Positions 55,798 through 64,000 of a DNA stretch of 64,000 nucleotides are shown piece by piece. Below the pieces are notes generated by a model that did not search any database, had not been told where the DNA came from, and saw only the letters and a program-made list of their open reading frames with translations. A program made the translations under genes and the position numbers. Location: positions 265,322-329,321 of the IMG/VR virus record IMGVR_UViG_3300021137_000001. One strand, written 5' to 3'. Each line of letters begins with the position of its first letter. The first letter of the stretch is position 1.

Positions 55798-56895
55798 ATG
55801 TTAAAAGCTATCAAACCTTTGTTAGATAGTGGCATCATTAACGAAGATACTCAAGCAGCTATTACAGAAGCTTGGGAATCACAAATTAATGAAGCTCGTG
55901 AAACTGTTCGTGCAGAAATGCGCGAAGAATTCGCAGGCCGCTACGCTCATGACAAAAATGTTATGGTTGAAGCTCTAGACAAAATGGTTACTGAAAGTCT
56001 TACTGCCGAACTTAATGAGTTCGCTAGTGAGAAACAAGCTCTTGCAGAAGACCGCGTGAAATTTAAACGTCATATGGTAGAAAGCTCAGGCAAATTTAAT
56101 AACTTTTTAGTTACTAAATTAGCTGAAGAAATCAACGAACTACGTGCAGACCGTAAACTACAAAACGAAGCAATTGCTAAGTTAGAAAAGTTTGTTATCC
56201 GTGCGTTAGCTGAAGAAATCAAAGAGTTCGATGCTGACAAGAAAGCAGTTGTTGAAACTAAAGTTAAACTAGTAGCAGAAGCTAAACAAAAATTAGCTAA
56301 ACTACAAGAAGCTTTTGTTAAACGCAGTGCGCAACTTGTTAAAGAATCAGTAGCACAAAATCTAGGCACAGAATTGACACAACTAAAAGAAGATATCCAA
56401 AGTGCTCGTGAGAACATGTTTGGTCGTCGCTTATTCGAAGCATTTGCTAGCGAATTCAGTGTTACTCATTTAAACGAGAACAAAGAAATTGCTAAATTGC
56501 ACCAAGCACTTACAGCGAAAGATGCTGTTATTGCAGAAAGCAAAAAAGCAATTGCACAAAAATCAGCATTAGTTGAATCAAAAGACCGTGAAGTACGTAT
56601 TATGAAAGAAGGTGTTAATCGTAAAGATACACTTAATGGATTACTAAGTACATTAAATAAAGAGAAAGCAAGTGTAATGTCTAGCTTACTCGAAAGTGTG
56701 CAAACCGCAAAATTGCAATCTGCATATGATAAGTATCTACCAGCAGTTTTAAACAATGCTCAACCACAAGTAAAGGCTGTAAAGTCTGTACTAGCTGAGA
56801 GTCGTGTAGAAGTAACTGGTGATAAATCTGCTAAAACAGCCGTTCAAACCAATGACAACGTCGTTGAGATCAAACGTTTAGCAGGGCTAAAGTAA
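55798..56895 (+). CDS. gp22: Prohead scaffolding/core protein, gp22-like
   Basis: Long coiled coil between protease and capsid genes; FGRRLFEAF.SEF. Confidence 0.8.
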   Translation: MLKAIKPLLDSGIINEDTQAAITEAWESQINEARETVRAEMREEFAGRYAHDKNVMVEALDKMVTESLTAELNEFASEKQALAEDRVKFKRHMVESSGKFNNFLVTKLAEEINELRADRKLQNEAIAKLEKFVIRALAEEIKEFDADKKAVVETKVKLVAEAKQKLAKLQEAFVKRSAQLVKESVAQNLGTELTQLKEDIQSARENMFGRRLFEAFASEFSVTHLNENKEIAKLHQALTAKDAVIAESKKAIAQKSALVESKDREVRIMKEGVNRKDTLNGLLSTLNKEKASVMSSLLESVQTAKLQSAYDKYLPAVLNNAQPQVKAVKSVLAESRVEVTGDKSAKTAVQTNDNVVEIKRLAGLK

Positions 56896-56922
56896 TATAA
56901 CTTAAAAAAGGAAAATAAAGAA

Positions 56923-58098
56923 ATGACAACCCAACTATTAGAAGGCCGTTGGAACGAAACTAAGGATGCCCTGTTAGAAGGTCTACAAGGTTCAAAACGT
57001 TCTACTATGGCTGTAATCTTAGAAAACACACGTAAGCACTTGGTTGAGAATGCAACAGGCGGAGCAACAGCAGTAGGTAACGTTGCAACATTAAATCGCG
57101 TAATTCTTCCAGTAATCAGACGTGTAATGCCAACAGTTATTGCAAATGAAATCGTTGGTGTACAACCAATGACAGGTCCAGTTGCACAAATCCATACTTT
57201 ACGTGTACGTTACGCTGATAGCGTTAGTGCAGGTTCAAGTGGTGGTGATGCAGCAACAGCTGGTGATGAAGCGTTAAGCCCATTCCGCATTGCAACAACA
57301 TACTCAGGTGCACAAACTGGTAAAGCTAGTTCAACAGCTTCATTAGAAGGTACTCCTGGTAACCGTATCAATGTACAAATCTTAAAACAAGTTGTTGAAG
57401 CTAAGACACGTAAATTGTCTGCTCGTTGGACATTTGAAGCTGCGCAAGATGCACAATCTATGCACGGTTTAGATGTTGAAGCTGAAATTATGGCTGCACT
57501 TGCTCAAGAAATTACTGTTGAGATCGATCAAGAAGTTCTAGGTTCATTAGCAGCTTTAGCTTCTACTGCAACTGATAACTACAACCAAGCTACTGTTTCT
57601 GGTACTGCTACATTCGTTGGTGACGAACACGCTGCTTTAGCTGTTTTAATTAACCGTTCTGCTAACAAAATTGCACAACGTACACGTCGTGGCGCAGGTA
57701 ACTGGGCAGTTGTAAGTCCATCAGCTTTAACAGTGTTACAATCTGCAACTACTTCAGCTTTTGCTCGTAGTACAGAAGGAACATTTGAAGCTCCTACAAA
57801 CACTAAATTCGTTGGTACTTTAAACAGTGCTATGAAGATCTATGTTAACACATACGCTTCAAACGATACAGTGCTTGTTGGTTACAAAGGTTCTTCAGAG
57901 TCAGATGCGGCAGCTTTCTATTGCCCATACATTCCGTTAATGTCTTCAGGCGTTGTGTTAGATCCAAACACGTTTGAACCAGTAGTTGGTTTCATGACAA
58001 GATATGGTTACGTAGAGCTCAGTAATACTGCATCATCTCTTGGTAATGCAGCTGATTACTTAGAAAAAATCACAGTAGCAAACTTATCATTCCAATAA
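56923..58098 (+). CDS. gp23: Major capsid protein, T4 gp23-like
   Basis: LPVIRRVMP..IA.EIVGVQPMTGP; V.AKTRKL.ARWT.EAAQD...HGLDVEAE; YKG..E.DAAAFYCPYIPL; DP.TF.P..GFMTRYG. Confidence 0.97.
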   Translation: MTTQLLEGRWNETKDALLEGLQGSKRSTMAVILENTRKHLVENATGGATAVGNVATLNRVILPVIRRVMPTVIANEIVGVQPMTGPVAQIHTLRVRYADSVSAGSSGGDAATAGDEALSPFRIATTYSGAQTGKASSTASLEGTPGNRINVQILKQVVEAKTRKLSARWTFEAAQDAQSMHGLDVEAEIMAALAQEITVEIDQEVLGSLAALASTATDNYNQATVSGTATFVGDEHAALAVLINRSANKIAQRTRRGAGNWAVVSPSALTVLQSATTSAFARSTEGTFEAPTNTKFVGTLNSAMKIYVNTYASNDTVLVGYKGSSESDAAAFYCPYIPLMSSGVVLDPNTFEPVVGFMTRYGYVELSNTASSLGNAADYLEKITVANLSFQ

Positions 58099-58124
58099 GA
58101 TTTATTTCTTAAAGGTATTATAAT

Positions 58125-58150
58125 AAAAAAGCCCCGCAAGGGGCTTTTTT
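58125..58150 (+). terminator. Intrinsic terminator after the major capsid gene (potentially bidirectional)
   Basis: AAAAAA-GCCCC-GCAA-GGGGC-TTTTTT. Confidence 0.92.
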
Positions 58151-58154
58151 GTGG

Positions 58155-58202
58155 TTGACAATAACATAAAAATATGTTATATTTGTTAATTCGGTATAAA
58201 TA
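58155..58202 (+). promoter_or_regulatory. Sigma70-type promoter plus late promoter for the HNH gene
   Basis: TTGACA-17-TATATT (58155-58183), then TATAAATA (58195-58202) 5 nt before the ATG. Confidence 0.6.
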
Positions 58203-58207
58203 CTATT

Positions 58208-58957
58208 ATGAACAAATATAAAAATTGGTATAATTCTATTATTGCTACCGCAACACATAGAATATTAACTACATATACAGAAAAACATCACATCATTCCA
58301 CGTAGTCTCGGTGGAGATGACAGTTCCACTAATCTTGTTGATTTAACTGCTCGTGAACATTTTATATGTCATTGGCTATTAACTAAAATACATACTGATT
58401 CTGCAAAATATCTTATGCTTAATGCATTACAAGGTATGCGCCGCCAAAATAAAAATCAACAACGATACAAAACAAAAATTACCGCAAGAGTATATGCTAA
58501 TCTTAAAGAAGAATGGGGATTACTATCGTCTGAACGTATTAAAGGCGACAAAAATCCTATGTGGGGTAAACATCATACAGCCGAAGCCAAAGAATTAATC
58601 CGGCAAAAGAATTTAGGTAATAAAATAACAGATGAACAACGTGCTAAAATATCGGCATCTCAGACTGGCAAAAAGCGTAAACCGTTTAGTGAAGAATGGA
58701 AAGCAAAATTATCAGCATCGGGATCGGGCAAAAATAATAGTATGTACGGTAAAACACACTCTGATGAAACTAAAGCTAAACAACGTGAACGTGCTATCGG
58801 TCGCAAACAATCAGCTGAAACTATTACTAAAAAGGCAGATGCAAATAGAGGTAAAACTCGTGAGAAACTATTATGCCCGCATTGTAGTAAACTTATAGCA
58901 GTAAATACCTATCCCCGTTGGCACGGTAAAAATTGTAAATTATATACAGAACACTAA
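58208..58957 (+). CDS. Free-standing HNH homing endonuclease with NUMOD3 repeats (paralog of 48090..48836)
   Basis: YTEKHHIIPRSLGG.D...NLV.LTAREHFICHWLL; NPMWGKHHT; NSMYGKTHS; CPHC...WH..NC. Confidence 0.88.
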   Translation: MNKYKNWYNSIIATATHRILTTYTEKHHIIPRSLGGDDSSTNLVDLTAREHFICHWLLTKIHTDSAKYLMLNALQGMRRQNKNQQRYKTKITARVYANLKEEWGLLSSERIKGDKNPMWGKHHTAEAKELIRQKNLGNKITDEQRAKISASQTGKKRKPFSEEWKAKLSASGSGKNNSMYGKTHSDETKAKQRERAIGRKQSAETITKKADANRGKTREKLLCPHCSKLIAVNTYPRWHGKNCKLYTEH

Positions 58958-59039
58958 ATACTATAGTTCACTCTTGAATGAGAGTTTATGCGGTCCCAAC
59001 CGCGTAGATTGTAGAACAATTATATAAAGGAGAAAACAA

Positions 59040-59978
59040 ATGGGACGTCCTATTAAGAAAAAGTTTTTTGGTACAGATAATGTTAATGATGGTTTAGTAT
59101 ACAATGATGCAGGTGGCGAAGGTGTTGCAAGTTTAACACCAACAGCAGGTTCAAACTATTCAGCTGGTGTTACAGCTACGGTAGCATTATCACCAATCGG
59201 TGGAACACGTGCAACAATTAGTTCAGTAACTGTTACAGCAGGCGCAATTGCTTCTGCTACAGTAGGTGTTGCTGGTACAGGTTACACATCGGCTCCAGCA
59301 GTTACATTAGTAAAACCGGGTAATGTAATTGTAACTGGTACTAACGATGCATTTTGGTCAGATGGTTCTAACTTACGTTTATCAAGCACTGCTGGCATTT
59401 ATGTTGGTATGTTTTCAAACGTTGCAGGTAAATCAACTGTTACCGTTTCTACAATCTACACAGATGGTAACATCAGAGGTAGTGCTACATTTGGTAACGT
59501 AACAACTGGTACAGTAATTACATTTGGTGATACTGGTACTGGTGGTGCATTAACAGCAGTTCTTGCTCCAACTACAACATCAGCAAACACAATCCAAGCT
59601 AACGCATGGGTTACTGGTGGTACAATTGGTAAACAAGCTGATATCGTTTCACAACGTAGTTCACGTCGTTACAGAGTTACAAACGCTGACGGTACAAGCA
59701 CAACACGTTTAGTCCCAACATTGTTAAATCTTCCTACAGTTGCAACAGTTATTGCTGCTGGCGGCCCAACAGCAGTAGGCGAAATGACATTATTAGCTAC
59801 TGATAGTGTTGGAGGTGTTTACTTAGTTGGTAAACTTGAAGGACACACAGCTTTATTGTTCCCAGCTGCAATTGGTGGTAGTGCAGGTACGCAATTTGCT
59901 GCAAACTCACAAGTTACATGGACAAGTACTGGTTCGGCAGTTATAAACGTAAGTGTAAAACTTGCAACAAATGACTAA
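59040..59978 (+). CDS. Virion structural protein (possible head decoration)
   Basis: Thr/Gly/Ala-rich, GTGYTSAP.V repeat, strong AAGGAG RBS, own late promoter and terminator, directly after the capsid block. Confidence 0.6.
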   Translation: MGRPIKKKFFGTDNVNDGLVYNDAGGEGVASLTPTAGSNYSAGVTATVALSPIGGTRATISSVTVTAGAIASATVGVAGTGYTSAPAVTLVKPGNVIVTGTNDAFWSDGSNLRLSSTAGIYVGMFSNVAGKSTVTVSTIYTDGNIRGSATFGNVTTGTVITFGDTGTGGALTAVLAPTTTSANTIQANAWVTGGTIGKQADIVSQRSSRRYRVTNADGTSTTRLVPTLLNLPTVATVIAAGGPTAVGEMTLLATDSVGGVYLVGKLEGHTALLFPAAIGGSAGTQFAANSQVTWTSTGSAVINVSVKLATND

Positions 59979-59992
59979 TTAACTATTAGTTT

Positions 59993-60021
59993 AAAATAAC
60001 AGCTTCGGCTGTTATTTTTTT
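59993..60021 (+). terminator. Intrinsic terminator
   Basis: AAAATAACAGC-TTCG-GCTGTTATTTT plus T-run (cUUCGg tetraloop). Confidence 0.9.
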
Positions 60022-60070
60022 GACTATACTATCTACAACTAGCATAAATAATAGAAACTAGGATATTTAA

Positions 60071-60655
60071 ATGGCAGCGGTCAAAAAATTTAATACGTCA
60101 TATACGCTTGATACAACCGATGTTATCATCACTGGTAACTTAACAGTTAACGGCTCACAAACTGCAATTGAATCTATTAACACTGTGTTAAAAGATAATA
60201 TTATTACATTAAATGATGGTGAAACTGGTGCAGGAGTTACATTAGGCACTGCTGGTATTGCTGTTAACCGCGGAATATCACCAAATGTTGCAATACGATG
60301 GAATGAAGCCAACGGCGGAACATGGCAAACTGCAAATTCGATTGGAACTTATGCTAATATTGCATCATCAGTTACTGGATTAACTCACGTAATCGACGAT
60401 GTTGCTCCGGCACTTGGCGGAAATTTAAATACAAATAGTTACACAATTTCATCTAATGTCGGCAATGTAAAATTTGAAGGCAACGTACAACTAAAATATA
60501 CTACTATTCCAGCAACAGCCACAACAGGTGCTATAGTAGTAAATGCGGCAGAAGAAGGCGCTGGACAAACAGGATTATACGTAACTGGTGATGCATCGGT
60601 TAACGAAGAACTAATTACGAAAAAACGAGCATTTGCTTTTTCACTAATATTATAG
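60071..60655 (+). CDS. Virion structural/fibre-associated protein
   Basis: ITGNLTVNG...KDNIITLN.G...GIAVNRG...IRWNE; D..P.LGGNL motif; TAAATA at 60045-60050. Confidence 0.6.
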   Translation: MAAVKKFNTSYTLDTTDVIITGNLTVNGSQTAIESINTVLKDNIITLNDGETGAGVTLGTAGIAVNRGISPNVAIRWNEANGGTWQTANSIGTYANIASSVTGLTHVIDDVAPALGGNLNTNSYTISSNVGNVKFEGNVQLKYTTIPATATTGAIVVNAAEEGAGQTGLYVTGDASVNEELITKKRAFAFSLIL

Positions 60656-60664
60656 GACAACACA

Positions 60665-60976
60665 ATGGCAATTTCTAACACAGTACTAACAACAATAGCA
60701 TCAAACGTATATGTAAGTTCGGGCAACTCAGTTGTATCTGTTATGTACTTTTGCAACACAAACGGAAGTGCGCAAACATTTAATTTATATGCTGTGCCAA
60801 GTGGTACATCAACAATTAATGGCAACGTACAAATATATGCAAATGTGCAAATACAAAGTGGTGACACATTTGTTGTTGACATGGAAAAAATTGTACTAGC
60901 AACAGGCGATACATTATGTGCCAATGCATCAGCAAACTCAGCAATAACAACAACAGTTAGTTATGTAGGAATGTAG
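60665..60976 (+). CDS. Small beta-rich virion protein
   Basis: 103 aa, composition and context consistent with a structural operon. Confidence 0.6.
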   Translation: MAISNTVLTTIASNVYVSSGNSVVSVMYFCNTNGSAQTFNLYAVPSGTSTINGNVQIYANVQIQSGDTFVVDMEKIVLATGDTLCANASANSAITTTVSYVGM

Positions 60977-61396
60977 ATGGGACACTTACTTAAAAATACA
61001 GTATTTAAAAACGGTAGTCATGCACTTGGATTACCATCGGGCGCAAGTGCAACACGACCTGATCACTCAGTTAACGGACAAACACGATACAACACAGATT
61101 CAGGTAAAGTAGAATTTTACAATAATTCAGTATGGAATGCCATTGCTAAAGAGGGCAATGCAACGATAGGTAAAGATTCATTTACCGGTAATAATGTTGC
61201 TACTGATTTTACAATGACATCAAGTTATACTGCTGGTCAAGAACCACAGGTACTGGCATTTGTCAATACAGTATATCAAAATCCTGGTGTTAATTATACA
61301 TTTAATGGTTCAACAACTATACATTTTACTAGTGCTCCTGGTGCAGCCGCAGTTGTATTAGTATTACACGGAATTGGTAGCACAACCGCAGCCTAA
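60977..61396 (+). CDS. Small virion protein (fibre-associated)
   Basis: P.G.SA.RP....G..RYN......EFYN...W motif followed by an F.GN...F...VN.VYQ.P...Y domain, both also seen in 61431..63149. Confidence 0.6.
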   Translation: MGHLLKNTVFKNGSHALGLPSGASATRPDHSVNGQTRYNTDSGKVEFYNNSVWNAIAKEGNATIGKDSFTGNNVATDFTMTSSYTAGQEPQVLAFVNTVYQNPGVNYTFNGSTTIHFTSAPGAAAVVLVLHGIGSTTAA

Positions 61397-61430
61397 CTCC
61401 TGCGATAAATATTAAAATAGGAGTCAGTGA

Positions 61431-63149
61431 ATGGCAATAGGTCGCGTACCCGGCGCTGCACTGTTAGGAAATTTAGATAGACAAGGTCTTGATCTAGGAT
61501 TTACTACTAACAGTACAACGTTACTACAGTTAGATTTTACTAACTATCGTCTCGGTATCAACACCGCCACACCTCAACAGGCTTTAGATGTTACGGGCAA
61601 CGTACAAGTAGCCGGTAATGTTGTACCATCAGCTAATCTAACATATGACATCGGTACAACTAGTGCATGGTGGAATCATATATATGCTGGCAATATAACC
61701 AGCACTAACTTAACTGGCACGTTAACAACAGCTGCACAAACAGCAATCACATCAGTCGGTACACTAAGTTCATTAACAGTAAGCGGCAATATCATTGCGC
61801 AAAGTTCTGTTGTACCAACTAGTAATATTGCTGGTAATATTGGATATGCAGATAAATGGTGGAGTGCAGTATACGCTAACACTATTAATGCAACAAATTT
61901 AAATGGTACAATTCTTACAGCAAATCAACCTAATATATCAAATCTAGGTAATATTAATGTTACTAGTATTTCTGTTGGTGGTAATGTTGTAATTGGTGGT
62001 AATATTAGTGGTTCTACTATTACTGCAAATTCATTTATTCAAAATGGACATGCAGTATTAGATACTATTACGTCATTTACGGCCACTGGTGATGCAACTG
62101 GCTCTGGTGTATATTCTAATATTGCGCTAACACTAGCAAGTTCGGGTGTCACTGCGGGTGTGTACGGTTCTGGATTATCTATACCACAAATAACAGTGGA
62201 TAGCAAAGGCCGCGTTACTATAGCATCAAACATATCATTGACGCAGGTAGCTAATGTTTCATTTAATGATACGACTATATCATCGGCAAGTAGTCTAACA
62301 TTAAATTCGGCAAATAATGGAAACATTATATTAAATGCTAACGGCACCGGTACGGTTCAATTTATAGGTACTGATGCTGTGGGTATCCCATATGGTAATA
62401 CTGCGGCACGACCAGCTAATGTACAACTAGGCTATATAAGATATAATACAGATTTAGGAACGATTGAATTTTATAATGGTCTTGATTGGGATAATAATCA
62501 ATCAGGTATTATTACATCGCAAACTATTACACCCACAGGATTAACTAATTCTTACACTCTATTAGATGACGCAACAACAGATGGTGTACTAGTTAGTATT
62601 AACGGTACATTGCAACAACCGACACTTGCTTACACAGTCGCTGGTAATGTAATTACGTTCACCGAAACACCGATTACGTCTGATATAATCGAAGTCAGAG
62701 CAATATCAATAGCAATTCACTCAATTACTGCTATTTCGGATGGTAACACTCGGGTAGAAACTAATGCAGTCAGCGGCGAAATTTCATTATATAGTTACGG
62801 CACAGAATATTTAAAAATAAATCAAGCTGGCGTAATTGTGGGCTTATACCCAAATACTGCGATTGCAACCGGCGCAGTCGCAACAACAATCGATACATAT
62901 GATAATACACTTTATAGAACTGCAAAATATGTTGTACAAGCAACTCGTACAACTAATATGGAAAGCTATGAAGTATTAGTAACTCACAACGGCGCAACTG
63001 CATATTCAACAACTTATGGTGTTATTAATAGTGGAACATCACTGGGTACAATTAGTGCAACAATATCGGGCTCAAATGTATTAGTTCAGTATACTGCAAC
63101 TGGCACAAACACTAACATCCGCTTGTCAAAAAACTACCTCATAATTTAA
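61431..63149 (+). CDS. Tail fibre-like virion protein
   Basis: RLGINT..P..ALDV.G; TAAQ.AITSVGTL; GVTAG.YG...TVD.KGR.T fibre repeats; C-terminal YRTAKY.VQ...E.LV.H.G domain. Confidence 0.7.
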   Translation: MAIGRVPGAALLGNLDRQGLDLGFTTNSTTLLQLDFTNYRLGINTATPQQALDVTGNVQVAGNVVPSANLTYDIGTTSAWWNHIYAGNITSTNLTGTLTTAAQTAITSVGTLSSLTVSGNIIAQSSVVPTSNIAGNIGYADKWWSAVYANTINATNLNGTILTANQPNISNLGNINVTSISVGGNVVIGGNISGSTITANSFIQNGHAVLDTITSFTATGDATGSGVYSNIALTLASSGVTAGVYGSGLSIPQITVDSKGRVTIASNISLTQVANVSFNDTTISSASSLTLNSANNGNIILNANGTGTVQFIGTDAVGIPYGNTAARPANVQLGYIRYNTDLGTIEFYNGLDWDNNQSGIITSQTITPTGLTNSYTLLDDATTDGVLVSINGTLQQPTLAYTVAGNVITFTETPITSDIIEVRAISIAIHSITAISDGNTRVETNAVSGEISLYSYGTEYLKINQAGVIVGLYPNTAIATGAVATTIDTYDNTLYRTAKYVVQATRTTNMESYEVLVTHNGATAYSTTYGVINSGTSLGTISATISGSNVLVQYTATGTNTNIRLSKNYLII

Positions 63150-63289
63150 CCGCTCACTTAGTTTTTATTAAACTAATACTAAATACATATAACAAACTGT
63201 GCCAGCCCAGGGAATATGGAACCGCCGCTACCATTCAGTTTATGCAGTAGAATACTAAACTAATAACAATATGCGGAGCATTACATCAG

Positions 63290-64000
63290 ATGGCAAATCT
63301 AACCAGAATTAAGAACAACCAGATCACAGACTCGACAATCCTTGCTAATACCAAGATTGTTCCAGGATCTATAGTAGGATCATTATTCAATAGTTCGCTG
63401 ACTATTGCAAGTGATATTACAATTACAGGTAACTTGACAGTACAAGGCTCTAGTAGCTACCTTACAGTTGCATCAACAAACACATACGTAAACGATCCAT
63501 TAATTGTATTAAACAATGCATTTAGTGGTACTAATACATATGACATTGGTTTGTTATTTAATCGTGGCAATCAAACAACAACTGCTCTAGTTTGGGAAGA
63601 AACTGCTAAAGAATTCCAACTAACCTACACAACAGATAATGGTACTACTTACGGTGCAATTAACAACAGTGGTTATGCTAACTTAAAAGTTGGTAACTTA
63701 ACAGTTGCTACAGCATCTACTTTAGGTAGTTTGGCTGTTACTGGTAATATTAGTGCATGGTACGGTACATTAAGTGGTAACTTATTAATTGGTGGCGGAG
63801 CATTAACTGCGAACACTGCAACGTTTGATTTATTAAACTCTACAGTAACTACATTAAACTTCGGTGGTGCAGCAACTACAGCAAACGTTGGTGCTGGAAG
63901 CGGTACTATTACTATTAACAACCCAACATTAGTTGGACAACAAGCAACACAAGCATTGTATAATACCGTTGCAACTACAATGAACTTTGCTGGTGCTGCA
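63290..64000 (+). CDS. Tail fibre-like virion protein, partial (runs off window)
   Basis: Not in the ORF track. GGAG RBS then ATG at 63290: MANLTRIKNNQITDSTILANTKIVPGSIVGSLFNSSLTIASDITITGNLTVQG...; open to the window end. Confidence 0.8.
   Translation, partial: MANLTRIKNNQITDSTILANTKIVPGSIVGSLFNSSLTIASDITITGNLTVQGSSSYLTVASTNTYVNDPLIVLNNAFSGTNTYDIGLLFNRGNQTTTALVWEETAKEFQLTYTTDNGTTYGAINNSGYANLKVGNLTVATASTLGSLAVTGNISAWYGTLSGNLLIGGGALTANTATFDLLNSTVTTLNFGGAATTANVGAGSGTITINNPTLVGQQATQALYNTVATTMNFAGAA

Noticed and set aside
1-64000. Stop-codon reassignment as seen in some large phages
   Set aside because: Core genes are full length in the standard code, and TAA, TAG and TGA all terminate genes at sensible positions

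Overview
This is a 64-kb, AT-rich segment of a large myovirus distantly related to T4, read in the standard genetic code. Left part (1-39.4 kb, minus strand): a baseplate/tail module (gp48/54-, gp53-, gp27-, gp5-, gp25- and gp6-like genes, a 4196-aa wedge/adhesin-like protein and Thr/Ser-rich fibre-like proteins). It is followed directly by a tightly overlapping operon of three GT-A-type glycosyltransferase-like genes and five tandem N-terminal-twitch radical SAM enzymes. Middle (39.5-50 kb): gp55 late sigma factor, gp47/gp46 recombination nuclease, an Hc1-like small basic protein, a ~550-nt strongly structured non-coding region, and a gp26/gp51-like pair joined by a predicted -1 frameshift, interleaved with seven free-standing GIY-YIG/HNH endonuclease genes (an eighth follows the capsid gene). 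Right part (50-64 kb, plus strand): tape-measure-like gene, portal, prohead core, protease, scaffold, major capsid and further virion genes. Most notable observations: (1) the radical SAM + glycosyltransferase operon as a candidate undescribed virion/glycan modification system; (2) the large structured RNA candidate; (3) late regulation built on a TAAATA promoter, with apparent leaderless TAAATA-N5-ATG genes and RBS-occluding hairpins that carry the promoter in their loop; (4) endonuclease cassettes that replaced the 5' ends of gp55 and gp46 and left the old starts as fossils; (5) a 70-bp terminator+promoter repeat flanking duplicated virion genes. All protein calls come from motif recognition and gene context; no database searches were run.
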